Source: a virus. Taken from it: 64,000 bases of DNA. This document shows positions 21,001-29,110 of the stretch, one piece after another (positions within the stretch are counted from its first letter, which is position 1; each line of letters opens with the position of its first letter). The notes beneath the pieces were generated by a model that did no database searches, was not told the origin of the DNA, and saw nothing but the letters and a program-made list of their open reading frames with translations. The position numbers were made by a program, and so were the translations under genes. The DNA is taken from positions 1 through 64,000 of IMG/VR virus record IMGVR_UViG_3300028025_003409; one strand, 5' to 3'.

Positions 21001-21601
21001 GGCGACCTGCCCACTGAGTGTTCTTACCAAAATTTAGAAGTTGAGTAGAGCCTTGCTTGAGAAGTTGATTAAGGAACTGCTGTCTTTGAGCAGCCATTTG
21101 TGTTCTTGTTGCGTAGTCAGCGTACTGACCATTTACCATCTTAAGATGTTTTGGAACTACCTGCAAAACCTTGACAAATTCGCCACTAGCATTTGTTAGT
21201 TGAACGTATTGAGTTTGTAGAGTTTTAACTCTATCCTTCATTGCTCTCTTTAAAACATCTTTTTCTTGTGCAAAAAGACCTTTTAAGGTTTTGCTATTTA
21301 GTGTGGCAGCAGCAGCGGTATACCTAAAGTACTGACCCATGCTCAACTTGTTCTTTTCTAGAGCATTAGTAAATGATGTAGTGCTTGTAGCAATTGTCTT
21401 TTGTGATGCCACAAACTTTCCAGTCGAATTAATAGACTGGATAAGTTGTGAGTTTAAACCTTTTTGTGCATTTGCTGCAGCAACATTGCCTTCTGTTAAG
21501 GCTTGATTGAATTTACTAAGTCCAGCCTGAAGCCTTCTTAGTTGAGCGAGAGCATCACTAGTGTCAAAATGTATACCAATATTAGCATTTACATCAGACA
21601 C
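12050..21601 (-). CDS. tail tape measure protein
   Basis: 3183 aa, Ala/Lys/Gln-rich helical; TP901-type core (EGGINASEGANALKS), hydrophobic segments, GSDTVPAMLTPGEFVM motif. Confidence 0.93.
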   Translation of the reverse strand: MSDVNANIGIHFDTSDALAQLRRLQAGLSKFNQALTEGNVAAANAQKGLNSQLIQSINSTGKFVASQKTIATSTTSFTNALEKNKLSMGQYFRYTAAAATLNSKTLKGLFAQEKDVLKRAMKDRVKTLQTQYVQLTNASGEFVKVLQVVPKHLKMVNGQYADYATRTQMAAQRQQFLNQLLKQGSTQLLNFGKNTQWAGRQLMVGLTIPLSILGSTAAKVFREMEEATVRFTRVYGDMTTTVGDTDKAVAEIQLLAKEFTKFGIAAKDTMEMAAKAAAMGLTGADLQAQVTNATRLAVLGQVEQQQALETTISLQNAFGISADQLAAKINYLNAVENQTVLSIEDLTIAIPKAGPVVKQLGGSVEDLAFFMTAMKEGGINASEGANALKSGLASMINPSKKASEFLAGLGINIKGIVNANAGDLKATIIGFSRALDTLDPLNRARAIEQMFGKFQFARLSTLFQNVSKDGSQASRALGLAGASVEELAILSERELGKVENAVGVKFQKQLENLKIQLMPIGKAFLEAITPVVQFAAKMLEKFNNLSDGTKKFVVGFVGVIGGIAPVVLMTVGLVANGVANLIAFFAKLRGGIAKLNGQNNVLGGGFDYLTQAETENLAQTNALHVSHTDLISTFNVEKTSVDLLAAAYQNAASQARALASGSPALFNAVPGPKGAVSGLPKFADGKVPGNESEGDSILALVAPGETIVPTALSKKYAPLLKAIMGDNLPGFIKGKRSLTADQDSFVTQTSRITPSQPGVADEMAKQLEFINKTSSENLLAYARATGRTVTDASEESLAEIRRSLVASVKEIFTTVATAAREKGKTLTVAAVKAATKKEGTAGPDSSVHEFYNPRAKQQLGSQFAHAETSSSVPIDQLSKTVTITHEKTQSDLLNIQRAIDASNKKNGTNVPMPTASPVSGFGYSLQGQVNKAMADGAPEIENFKGEKGRTVSTVDAFLEDFQDKGVTKWADSVKIGGGNFERLSGAIKEYDDRLLSAVQEWKQNNPGKTFTDADFQSIEQTVRTQVAGIDTELGQVLAKAKEVVTGIRLHMTQEQRDIANADAVARGEKNSKGVAYSAENPKYDEGRSTYQAGGTERRTPEGLGRFSETVSDDLTEAETIAETKSPSKRTERLGVNIGEGLRIGLERKTKEVKSQADQLAEASIPKVDTANQAKYDALKNDPEQRQIQKSIDRHYRDKFGSKKVSVPTASESTETSLTVDVDPKALMSDMSAVKAARQKAKQLEKEAADAEAAAAKIRTEAAKWEEIAAREKGKNMQTAENAKDLKKLADEAEIRAAEARIKAADAELAAAELEGKTLVISDEDVKTPGKVQKIQDDVQEEIVSGTQEQGDGLRRIVEGTEDTVDSTVLVADKTDELATVIGEGIPVQTDNLDNVITTANLNDAIVGATGDIHGSTIDTAMSQEDINELQEQEKFLREQLNSNLAKQNSALAAGSDLSQTGKKRYTEKQALAEAYGDGTAENPGYTMDKNGHLLFDPELDENGKKQPTTMTEKQIKKKKRGMRREKVSKYSGKATGALGVATMAAGALGAPPQVTAALGTATTVAQFAPMLAGMGPVGWAAAGIMAVGAGAYMLNKHFGDMAKAAGKFAIQTSATRESMKKMGELTGKVGASQIMDRRRQGSQYNKYNESYKTPSTFGKKFMSSDLGKEAKKTFKENIEKFGDQKAVDDLALKLATQVADGVLTGDQADSIAQALGISLGKQSVGVQVIGQMKTMIGPNGENLKKEPVKARLLLLANARNRSMKASKSAESKDTSFTQRRKDIAALAAYNINNVEMASMLADQVAIEYETQKKKLEAEIASTTNLEKKLKLQTQLGILKDKEKVDTEVMNNAIVNEIFAAQADFKKNYSSLSFGTGAEKEDAFFDSSRAVVQNAYKGTGQEKASEDFLNRTEAFGDLGSTDKETGLFKSNGLEGQFQAQELQATMELLVGGKVLSPDEANSMLDLFGSRLGELTQVLTLSIKEHGTGKTKELFNMFTQFKDKDLGADLVRYVVLNKKDPAKFDAIMETISNIKSLDGLSIDMELLLKGGGPVLEEIARRVEAIEGIKADIEKQDKQDKKDKKKPKTEEESANDVLDRASKADSASKNAFDALRNDPVAMAEFVKMSRESQIEYVQDLVITYAQQNTITDDQLKAQRDAWVNLQLMTSEDTRMLDSRSKEYIAAKAEFERLYGLKTSGQRSVDLLPRVVPDPIVVNDGTGDGDGTKKERDATYDELNKRLRNVRNSAIDAAGGLKELQRAIAATGSKAIGNKFKGLEQQLINMGQTSQFTDYLSGLDTKELKKFAYTATAADVKKKKGKQKYTQVDPETGKMVTKYQKFKAGDTVLTQTGRDMEQGYKKAIIGDYNKEQLKSVTLAKQEIAARGKLLALGFDEVDIKTMLADENYKTLIATGKVTKQELETNAALTKQQRIRNQINGAVAGQKDLQKITANQKRIPEVVAMMQQGGMSAEAIRAAISDPEMLDTLINGMDNFSTLAKDAQDEFNHLLSQINEIPERKIIEIVFTQTKEEKNIKAADAALEMLDVYKEIDENTLKNKEGNTFAGLQVMIEDLNNDAKIAQNAINQTQSQIDTMQKEVDADQRAIETNFTRPIEKKQRDIEKLTRSAELNFTRPIQALQERSAVLSHDLEVMNKAAEAINEKYDKQQEALTKVAEINQQIINQQQQQLGLADALSQGDISAAAKAVQDIRSTNAANYATSAQDALQKARENEVGGLRGGVSGKSQKEIEAEQWDISQKTYDLELKKAAVDKEILGIQDSIYALEQLKIAATDAIQVKTDAIAKITFGTLLDQQNDLKAIQDKILPLQTQSDLLAKLIKANDSNRIIGEKTRKDWELTKKEAEALQKLAAGDLALAIAAASTESAKMKGSWEKIREAYDAIKTKSIQITEYINRVYSPMPAGADDPGADDPGADPDAAKAARDAAIAAALRKLTSGQAMTDEERALLGMGPNPKPGNGSTGSTGSTGSTGNSTSGTGNSNTTTTAASADAARAAAEAKAAAAAKAAAQAKIDAANANNRKLLAELQARAAAIPKSRTKPGTGMYLGSMFIPPVTQRLVAGTGVVVNGRLVDPVYKYSGGMIGMRPGGSDTVPAMLTPGEFVMSRYAVNTHGTDKMKAINSGASVGDSVYNYNLSVNVKSDANPNEIAKTIMAQIKQIDSQRMRGTRI
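12645..12680. repeat. 4 x 9-bp tandem repeat (CCAGTGCTG) encoding GST repeats in the tape measure C-terminus
   Basis: Four perfect copies seen; GADDP repeats lie nearby (~12808-12850). Confidence 0.9.
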
Positions 21602-21629
21602 TGTTCATGACACCCCTATTCATTTTTTA

Positions 21630-21941
21630 TTATTTTGATGTAAGCAATGCTGTAGGATCTGTAAGTTGGATACCAGATGCTGCATCGATTACTGCGTATA
21701 CTGTAGGCAAGTCGATATTATCTTCTAATTGCTCACGAGTAACTTCTTCCTTTACGTACTGCTTAAATGCAATTTCAACACAGTCTAGAAGTACGTTCAT
21801 TGACTCATCGTTATTGTCTGACACATCTGAAAGTTCCTGGAACCTCTTCATAAAAGGCTTAAGCAAAGAAATCTTTAGCGGTCTAACATCAATGGTTGTG
21901 CCATCGATGAGAGTAATCTTTTTAGTTGTTTGTTCTGACAT
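21630..21941 (-). CDS. tail assembly chaperone (short, G-like)
   Basis: Between major tail and tape measure; start MSEQ after a GGAGG SD; paralogue of the N-terminus of 21994..22677. Confidence 0.75.
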   Translation of the reverse strand: MSEQTTKKITLIDGTTIDVRPLKISLLKPFMKRFQELSDVSDNNDESMNVLLDCVEIAFKQYVKEEVTREQLEDNIDLPTVYAVIDAASGIQLTDPTALLTSK

Positions 21942-21993
21942 TCTTTCCTCCAATAGGTTTGTTAATTAATTATACCATAGCGATAGGCGTATT

Positions 21994-22677
21994 TTAGTCT
22001 ATTTTTTCGTAGTCTAGACCCATTCCAATACCAAATCCAGCACTTGATGCATTCTGACCTTGAAGAGCAAGAATATCTCTTGAGTTATTTGCTTGCCCAC
22101 GACTAAACACTCTGGCCTTCATATCTTCCCAGGCATTACTCTTTTGAGCATTCTTGTCTAGGTCGACTCCCTGCATTGCTGCCATAAATTTTTTCTTAGC
22201 GTAATCTTCTTCTCTTTTTATATTTAGTATTGCAGTTATTTCTTGCATTGACAAAGATCGTTCTAGTTCATCAAAGTCTTTCCAAATACCCAGCAAAAAA
22301 ACTTCTGACTCTAGTTTTGCCAAATCAAGATCTTCCCAAGTCGCACCAGACTTAACTGCTTGATCTTTTACACCTTCATCAGATTTTGCATCTACTTTAA
22401 TTCCTGCAGCATAATCTAATAGTCTATAGATATTTTTTAAATCTATTGCATCTTCAAAATCTTCAATTGATTTTGAAATCTTTGGCATATACTGTTTCAT
22501 GCAATTCATTCCGCAAATAGCAAGAGCAGATATAGCCTCAATGTCCCCTTTAGCGTTTCTGACACCTTCAAAGTCATTCATAAACTTTCTTAAATATTTA
22601 ATCTTAAGAGGAGATATTTCTAACTCAGTCCCGTCAACTAAATAAATAATTCCAGTGTTGTATATTTCTGTAGCCAT
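21994..22677 (-). CDS. tail assembly chaperone (long, GT-like)
   Basis: Position; N-half homologous to the 21630 ORF; C-half WEDLDL...GIWKDFDELE. Confidence 0.75.
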   Translation of the reverse strand: MATEIYNTGIIYLVDGTELEISPLKIKYLRKFMNDFEGVRNAKGDIEAISALAICGMNCMKQYMPKISKSIEDFEDAIDLKNIYRLLDYAAGIKVDAKSDEGVKDQAVKSGATWEDLDLAKLESEVFLLGIWKDFDELERSLSMQEITAILNIKREEDYAKKKFMAAMQGVDLDKNAQKSNAWEDMKARVFSRGQANNSRDILALQGQNASSAGFGIGMGLDYEKID

Positions 22678-22703
22678 TATACAAGTATATCAAATAGAAA
22701 CAG

Positions 22704-22732
22704 AAAAGCCCAGACTTTCAAGGGTCTGGGCT
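22704..22732 (-). terminator. intrinsic terminator after the major tail gene
   Basis: AGCCCAGAC/GTCTGGGCT stem followed by a T-run on the minus strand. Confidence 0.75.
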
Positions 22733-22751
22733 AATCTTATATTTAGTTGTA

Positions 22752-23375
22752 TTATGCGCCAACGCCAACAGTACGATCTACGATCTTACCGTATGATGCA
22801 TTGTCGTTTGGAAGAAGACGGAATGATACTTCGAACATTGTCGCTTCGTCACGCTTTGCTGATACTGATACGCTCTCAATTGAAAGTGCACGGTATGCAA
22901 CGTAGACACGCTCAATATTTTCTGTAGCGTCTCCAGTTCCTGGACCAACTGCAACCAAACCACGCTCTACTGGCACATCGCCAATATCGCCTGCTGAAAG
23001 ATTAAGTGTTGGGTTTCCTGCTGTTGTTGCTAGAGATGAATCCTTACCTGCTAATGCAAATAGGAGATTCTCTAGTGTTGATTCTGCGAATGTAGTATTT
23101 AGGTTTACCTGCATGCCTTGCTTAAACAACTTAGCAACGTCAAGAACCTGATCTACTGCAACTTCACCGAAATCTGGCTGGAATTGAATTTCCAAACCAT
23201 TCATTGTGTATCCAACATTACGAAATTCTGGAGTTTCACCTGCAAGGGTTTCCTTGTATGATGTTCCTGATACGTATGCTGGTAGTGCTGCATCTGTTAG
23301 TGCGCCATCTTCGTATGTGAAGAGTGCTGCTGCTCCAACGATAATATCGTTAGAACTACCACGTGTATATGCCAT
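22752..23375 (-). CDS. major tail tube protein
   Basis: IIVGAA...VGYTMNG..FQPDF..VAVDQ..TTFAESTLENL siphovirus tail-tube pattern; ATG at 23375 after AGAGGTG. Confidence 0.85.
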   Translation of the reverse strand: MAYTRGSSNDIIVGAAALFTYEDGALTDAALPAYVSGTSYKETLAGETPEFRNVGYTMNGLEIQFQPDFGEVAVDQVLDVAKLFKQGMQVNLNTTFAESTLENLLFALAGKDSSLATTAGNPTLNLSAGDIGDVPVERGLVAVGPGTGDATENIERVYVAYRALSIESVSVSAKRDEATMFEVSFRLLPNDNASYGKIVDRTVGVGA

Positions 23376-23445
23376 GTATTTCACCTCTTTTTTCTTTATG
23401 TAGATTAAAGGGCTTGTTTCCTCATGATAATTATATCATCCCTTT

Positions 23446-23997
23446 TTAGGGGGCTATTGACTCAATAATGTCTTGCATCTGGTGGTAGTCGTAGTCTATG
23501 ATTATCTTGTTACCGCCGTAAGTTCGTGCTGTTCCAAAATCGACAATATCTCTAACTTCTTCTAGTTGATATATCTTAAAGTTATGGAAGTAGAACTTAC
23601 AGGTCATGCCACCAATTGGTTCGTGGTTTCTAGCCCATATGTTTATGTCTTCAGCAGTCTCGTCTCCACGATCCATGAGCCTTAGAACTGCTTCTTGAAC
23701 CTCTATCATGCTTTCTGTTACATTGTTTTGAGTAGCATAGAAATAATATAAAAGTTGTTCACACTTGATGTGTGGGAAGGGAGATCTTCTCATTCTAATT
23801 AATCTATCATACACTGCAACGACTCCTTGATATGAGGCTCTTTCATCATTGATAGTAACCCACTGATCTGTTAAATCATCTAATGTGTTTGGGAGCGTAG
23901 GGAAAAATGGTATAGCAATCTCTGCACCTGCATAAATTTTTTCCTGCAAATACTTATTTATCCATAGACCTGGAGTGTTCAATGTTGATGTTGACAT
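23446..23997 (-). CDS. tail terminator-like protein
   Basis: Position just upstream of the major tail gene. Confidence 0.55.
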   Translation of the reverse strand: MSTSTLNTPGLWINKYLQEKIYAGAEIAIPFFPTLPNTLDDLTDQWVTINDERASYQGVVAVYDRLIRMRRSPFPHIKCEQLLYYFYATQNNVTESMIEVQEAVLRLMDRGDETAEDINIWARNHEPIGGMTCKFYFHNFKIYQLEEVRDIVDFGTARTYGGNKIIIDYDYHQMQDIIESIAP

Positions 23998-24671
23998 TAT
24001 GATATCATCCCCGCACTTGCTACCCAGCGAGATCCAACAGACATTCCCTTTGATCTACCAGCCTTTTTGCCAGCAGCCAAGTTTCTCTTATATACTGTTG
24101 GATTAGCAAAATGTTTGTCAATACCACTTGATCTTAAAAATGCTTGAGTAAAATATCTTCCAAAGAACATATCCCATACATTCTCAAACTGTCCCTGTGT
24201 ATTTCCTCCAGGGTTTTCAACTAATACTGGTCTCTTTGTATACACAACTTGTCCGCCAACCTCAAACCTTAAAGTCTCTCCATTAATTGGCTTAATAACA
24301 ACTGGCTGCCCTAGTTCCATAACTTTTGCTTTGTTTTCAAAAGGAACTCTAGAACCATCCTGAATAGTTCTTGACTGCTTAAAGTCTGACATAAACGATA
24401 GACCAAGATTACTTATAGTAAATTTAATATCAAACAGTCTTGCTGAGGAACTTCCTGATTGACCCCATTCATAAACATGATGAAGTGTATCGTAACCTAC
24501 TCTTGCGTTTGCATCAATAAACTGTGACGCTTGCTCTGCTACTGTTGGACCAACATTCTTAAAGAAAGCAGTCTTACCAGCCTGCACTCCATCTACAAAG
24601 CCAAAAGAATATTCCATAATGTTTTCCATGTCTTTACGAAACTTTACACTATCCATTCTTACTTTAATCAT
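23997..24671 (-). CDS. neck/tail-completion protein
   Basis: Position in the head-tail block; LHHVYEW motif. Confidence 0.55.
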   Translation of the reverse strand: MIKVRMDSVKFRKDMENIMEYSFGFVDGVQAGKTAFFKNVGPTVAEQASQFIDANARVGYDTLHHVYEWGQSGSSSARLFDIKFTISNLGLSFMSDFKQSRTIQDGSRVPFENKAKVMELGQPVVIKPINGETLRFEVGGQVVYTKRPVLVENPGGNTQGQFENVWDMFFGRYFTQAFLRSSGIDKHFANPTVYKRNLAAGKKAGRSKGMSVGSRWVASAGMIS

Positions 24672-25114
24672 ACATCTACCGCCTGATTCTCAGATCTACG
24701 GATTACAAGATTGTAATATTCGATACCGCCGAATGGTCCTACGAATGGCTCCTGTGTAGCAATTTCGAATATAGTGGACTTGCCTGCTCTTGGTCCTGCT
24801 GTTTCTGTATAAATATGATTGCAGTTCTTGTCACGAATATTAGTTATAAGAATATTTGTTACGGAGTTCTGTGCGTCTAAACTTGAAATTCTTATGTCTG
24901 TCTTTACTCTTCCGATAAGAGATGTCTTCTGGGTTATGTTAACATTTGGTGTTACTTCTTCTTTACCAGCGCCACCTACTGAGTTAAAGTTACCAGCAAT
25001 AGTTTTATCTAATATCCAAGTCTTTTTGACATTACCGTAAACACCCTGATCAACGACTGGGTAATATACATCTGCTTGCATTGGGAAGATGAAGTCTGGC
25101 TCTTCGCATATCAT
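24668..25114 (-). CDS. head-closure (stopper) protein
   Basis: Beta-rich, 148 aa, follows the adaptor; GVYGNVKKTW. Confidence 0.6.
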   Translation of the reverse strand: MICEEPDFIFPMQADVYYPVVDQGVYGNVKKTWILDKTIAGNFNSVGGAGKEEVTPNVNITQKTSLIGRVKTDIRISSLDAQNSVTNILITNIRDKNCNHIYTETAGPRAGKSTIFEIATQEPFVGPFGGIEYYNLVIRRSENQAVDV

Positions 25115-26028
25115 TAAATTATCCCTGGCTTGGTAATAGTCTTAACATACTTCTCCAGTATCTTATCTACCAAGAAGTTACCAGTACCGTTGAACATTGT
25201 CTTATCAAACTGAATTCTAAATTGATCTGTATTATATGCAGTTACATATCTCTTGTAGTAGTCTAACTTACCGCACTTAAGATCTTCAATTAAAAGTTTT
25301 GATGCATACTCAATGTCTGCAGGAACTGTTAAGTATCCTTGATCTACTACAATTGTATAATCATAGTTTGATGGAAACCCTGTTCCTTCGTATCCGTAGT
25401 ATCCAAGATCTCCTCTTCCAGCAATGAGGTTTGGACCTGTTGACTCATATCTATTTAGTTGTCCAGGATAAACTTTTTGAATTGCAGTCTTGTCTGCTGT
25501 TATTACATATTCGTATTTGTTTGTATTTGGAGTCGATCTGTCATAGACCAGTTCGTTATTCTCATATACCTTAAATACTCTGTAGGCTTTGTCCCATAAA
25601 GAAAAATAGTCTGAACCATTTCCAGTGCCTACGATTGTAATCTTTTTATTGTAAAAACCTTCTGCTACGAATGTATCAATAATTGATCTTGCCACTAACT
25701 CTAAAACTGTGTACTCTGAAATATCTGATGCTGTTGTTCCTAATGTGTTTGGGTCTACATATGGTCTAATTAGTTCGTAGTATTCTTCGTGAATTAATTC
25801 TTCACCCTCGCTAATTGTAAAAATCTCAACTCTGTAGTTGTTGTCGTATCTTCCAGGAAGTTGAATATTAATATTATCTCCTGTAGACCATTCTAAAAAT
25901 TCTAAAACCTCTACTGAAAGGTCCGCCATATCTGTTACTCTTGCATAGATATCTGCATCGCTGTATCCTGAAGGAACAACAAAATTTACTATGATGTCAT
26001 CATATGGCGGAACTCTCAATATCTCCAT
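25114..26028 (-). CDS. head-tail adaptor protein
   Basis: ARSIIDTF...GYLTVPADIEYA...TGNFLVDKILEKY adaptor motifs. Confidence 0.7.
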   Translation of the reverse strand: MEILRVPPYDDIIVNFVVPSGYSDADIYARVTDMADLSVEVLEFLEWSTGDNINIQLPGRYDNNYRVEIFTISEGEELIHEEYYELIRPYVDPNTLGTTASDISEYTVLELVARSIIDTFVAEGFYNKKITIVGTGNGSDYFSLWDKAYRVFKVYENNELVYDRSTPNTNKYEYVITADKTAIQKVYPGQLNRYESTGPNLIAGRGDLGYYGYEGTGFPSNYDYTIVVDQGYLTVPADIEYASKLLIEDLKCGKLDYYKRYVTAYNTDQFRIQFDKTMFNGTGNFLVDKILEKYVKTITKPGII

Positions 26029-26031
26029 GAA

Positions 26032-26466
26032 TTACTTACCGAATTCCTTGGCAACTTCTTCTGGGCTTGCTGAGCGTATGTGCGAACGAGTTAGCCACTT
26101 TTCTGCTGCATCCTTTTCAACAATGTTATAGCCACGGTATACCTTACCTACTTCTGGCCATGTAACATTCTTTGTTGAGTAAATCGCAACTGTTTCTTTC
26201 TTTTCTTCTGGCTTTGCGCTCTTCTTTCTTGGAGAAGCCTTTGCTGCTGTAGTAGCACCAATGACTCCGTCTGCTACTGATCCAAGTGCCTGAACTTCTT
26301 CAGGTGCCTCGTATGCAGGCGCTTCAACTACTGCCTGAACAGGCTCTTCTACAACTGGAGTTTCTACAATAGTTTCTTCAACTGGCTCTTCGACAACTGG
26401 TGCCTCGTAAACTGGTGCTTCAAATACTGTTTCTTCTTCAATTGGATTATTATTCATATTTTCCAT
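26032..26466 (-). CDS. hypothetical protein with acidic Pro/Val/Glu-rich N-terminus
   Basis: Strong SD and own TGATATAAT promoter; follows the capsid gene. Confidence 0.7.
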   Translation of the reverse strand: MENMNNNPIEEETVFEAPVYEAPVVEEPVEETIVETPVVEEPVQAVVEAPAYEAPEEVQALGSVADGVIGATTAAKASPRKKSAKPEEKKETVAIYSTKNVTWPEVGKVYRGYNIVEKDAAEKWLTRSHIRSASPEEVAKEFGK

Positions 26467-26501
26467 GATTCCTCCTTGTTAGTATTATATCATTATAAAT
26501 T

Positions 26502-26540
26502 TATAAGGGGAGTAGGAGAACTAACTCCCACTCCCCCTAA
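26502..26540 (-). terminator. terminator after the major capsid gene
   Basis: AGGGGAGT-GGAG / CTCC-ACTCCCCCT imperfect hairpin. Confidence 0.65.
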
Positions 26541-26556
26541 ATTTTACTGTTACAGA

Positions 26557-27702
26557 TTATGCATCTGATGCAGCGTCAGCGTATGCGATAGCATCTTGCT
26601 CTTCCCATTGAATACCGAAGCGAACGAAGACTGTGTATTCTACAGTATCCTTCTTTGGCTTGTATTCACGGTTTACAGTGATATCACGCTGGAAGCCCCA
26701 TACACGGTTCTGTGGGAATGTCAAGTCGACATATCCTGCAGGGTAGTAAGGAACTTCTTGTACGTCGATTCCTAGGACACGAGTTGTACGTGCTCCACCG
26801 AATGTCTGTGCTCCACCGTCAAGATATGCTTGACGATTTGTTGGAGTACCGCCAGCCTGAGAAGCGAATGCTTCTGCGACTGCGTCTGCTAGAGTACCGT
26901 TATTCTTAACGATTCCCTGGAATGCGTCTGTACCAGCATAGAACTTCAAGTTAGACTTGATAGCACGATACTTACGTGGCATTGCAAGGATGATGTTCTG
27001 CATTACATCTGTTGTCCAGGCGTTATTAGCGACTGTTACAACTGACTCATGAGCATCTCCGTCTGTCTTTACACGGTTTACGAATCCGTCCATAATTGAA
27101 AGGAATGAACCAGTTGCTCCATCGCCGTTGATTGCAAGGTCTTCGATATCATTACCGAAAGCGTTTGTCATCAAGCGTACAATGTGATCTTCTAGTGCTG
27201 CACCTTCGATATTATCTTCTAGTGATTCTGCAGATACTTCCCAGTCAAGACGAATCTTCTTTGTAGTCAATTCAACCTTTGAGAATGTTGCACCTGCGTT
27301 TGTGTAATCGCCAACTGCTTGCGCTGCTGCACGGATTACACGCTCTCCGACGTTTACCTTTTCGAGTTCCATTGTATTGGCTCTCATAGTAACGCGACGG
27401 CCATCTTTGGCGAGGATTGTAGCATCCCACACGTAGTCGATAAAACGACGTGCTTGCTCTGGGCGGAGAATTCCGCTGCCAGCCTCACCTGAAGGATTTA
27501 CTGCATTTGGTCCAGAGTTAACACCTGATAGGGCTGTTGGGATATTTCCCAATACACCACCATCGGTATAATTACCTGGTACGTTTGAACCTGCATCTGA
27601 TCCAGATGCGAATGCGCCCTGACCCTGATAGAGTCCTGGTGCTGTTCCACCAAGGTTACCTGAGGTACCTGGCTGGTTCTTTTCTATATTTTGTTCCGAC
27701 AT
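26557..27702 (-). CDS. major capsid protein (HK97 fold)
   Basis: GILRPEQARRFI, EDNIEG, DIEDLAINGD motifs; follows the protease; strong SD. Confidence 0.9.
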   Translation of the reverse strand: MSEQNIEKNQPGTSGNLGGTAPGLYQGQGAFASGSDAGSNVPGNYTDGGVLGNIPTALSGVNSGPNAVNPSGEAGSGILRPEQARRFIDYVWDATILAKDGRRVTMRANTMELEKVNVGERVIRAAAQAVGDYTNAGATFSKVELTTKKIRLDWEVSAESLEDNIEGAALEDHIVRLMTNAFGNDIEDLAINGDGATGSFLSIMDGFVNRVKTDGDAHESVVTVANNAWTTDVMQNIILAMPRKYRAIKSNLKFYAGTDAFQGIVKNNGTLADAVAEAFASQAGGTPTNRQAYLDGGAQTFGGARTTRVLGIDVQEVPYYPAGYVDLTFPQNRVWGFQRDITVNREYKPKKDTVEYTVFVRFGIQWEEQDAIAYADAASDA

Positions 27703-27723
27703 ATTGTCACCTCCTGTGATTTT

Positions 27724-29070
27724 CTAACTTAATAGATCGGCTGTTTTGAGGAAACTACCGCCCCATAGGGATTTTTCAACCATTTCAGGTTGATCCTGTA
27801 CAATCTCGCCGAGATCGCCAGACTTTCGGAAAGCAGTATCGGCTTCCACAGCGTCAACTCTCTTTCCAAACTTATCAAATTCATTCTTTGCTGCAGCAAT
27901 ATCTTTTGCTACTTCTGTGAATGACTCTTTTACTACTTCAATGTCAACCTTTGAAGACTTAAGCATTTCTACTTCTGCCTGCAAAGACTTAACTGTTAAT
28001 ACTAGATCGCTAAAGGCTTTTTCAAGATCGTCATTTGTTTCTGTGACTGACTCTTGAATTACTTCATCTGACTTTGGAGCCATAGGCTTTTTCTTAGCCT
28101 CTGCCTCTTCATCGGCTGGAGTTTCTGCAGCATCTTCTTCAGTATCTTCTTCTTCAGCGACTGGTGCTTTCGCAGCCTTCTCTGTTTCAGTTTCTTCTAC
28201 TGCAGTTTCTACTGCATCTGCTTTCACATCTGCCTCTGGAGCGACCTCTGACTTTGTTACTTCTACTGATGCTTCTGTTTCAATAACTTCTGCAACTGCT
28301 TCTGTGTTTTCTGTCATAGGTTGTACCTCCTTGTTAATCTTAGAAGTATTAATGCCTTTAGCACTATCAACTAAGAATTTTATCATTGTTGTTTTTTCAC
28401 TATCCGTTTTTTCAACGAACCCTATATTTTTCATTGGCTCTCCTGAGATTGGGCTATTCTCGGATTCATTTTCTGATACAGTAACAATTCCAGACTCTGT
28501 ATCCCAAAAAACATTTTCAATTATTGTGTTGTCACCTTTAACCATACTTACACCATCAACTTTTTCTACGGAAATAATATTTGCAAACTGATTTGCTGGG
28601 GAATCTACAAGACTCAACTCAACTAAATCGTATTCTTTAATAATTCTAATTTGTGTATCTGACTTCTCATCGTAACCGTCATCCCACTTGTTCATTCTTC
28701 CGCCAATAGAAAAACCTGTAAGAGTTCCATCTAGAACCTTCTCCCAAGTATCCTGTGCGCCCTTTGAAACATATGCAGATACATATACTCCATTATAAAA
28801 CTTCTTTGATTCTGGATCAAAGTACTTCTCTGCTTTAAAATTAACCATCTTACCAACTGCTAATGGTTGGTGCATTTCTCTAATATTCCCTCGGAATTTT
28901 GCAAATGCTTCCATTGAGGCTTCTGCTGTAACAATGTCCATCTGCTTGTCTAGGTTGTCAAGGGATGCAAAACCAGATACGGTACGACGCTCTTTATCTA
29001 CCTTACTGAAAGGCAGAGAAAATCTGATGTTGTCGCCTTCGGAATTCCAATTTGCTTTAGAGATAGTCAT
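27724..29070 (-). CDS. prohead protease fused to acidic scaffold
   Basis: HK97-type protease motifs (IREMH, GFSIGG, ELSLVDSPAN) plus an acidic/coiled-coil C-half; likely start MTISK at 29070. Confidence 0.85.
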   Translation of the reverse strand: MTISKANWNSEGDNIRFSLPFSKVDKERRTVSGFASLDNLDKQMDIVTAEASMEAFAKFRGNIREMHQPLAVGKMVNFKAEKYFDPESKKFYNGVYVSAYVSKGAQDTWEKVLDGTLTGFSIGGRMNKWDDGYDEKSDTQIRIIKEYDLVELSLVDSPANQFANIISVEKVDGVSMVKGDNTIIENVFWDTESGIVTVSENESENSPISGEPMKNIGFVEKTDSEKTTMIKFLVDSAKGINTSKINKEVQPMTENTEAVAEVIETEASVEVTKSEVAPEADVKADAVETAVEETETEKAAKAPVAEEEDTEEDAAETPADEEAEAKKKPMAPKSDEVIQESVTETNDDLEKAFSDLVLTVKSLQAEVEMLKSSKVDIEVVKESFTEVAKDIAAAKNEFDKFGKRVDAVEADTAFRKSGDLGEIVQDQPEMVEKSLWGGSFLKTADLLS

Positions 29071-29110
29071 GGTAGTATATATTATATGCCCTTTTTTGAA
29101 CATATCTCAA

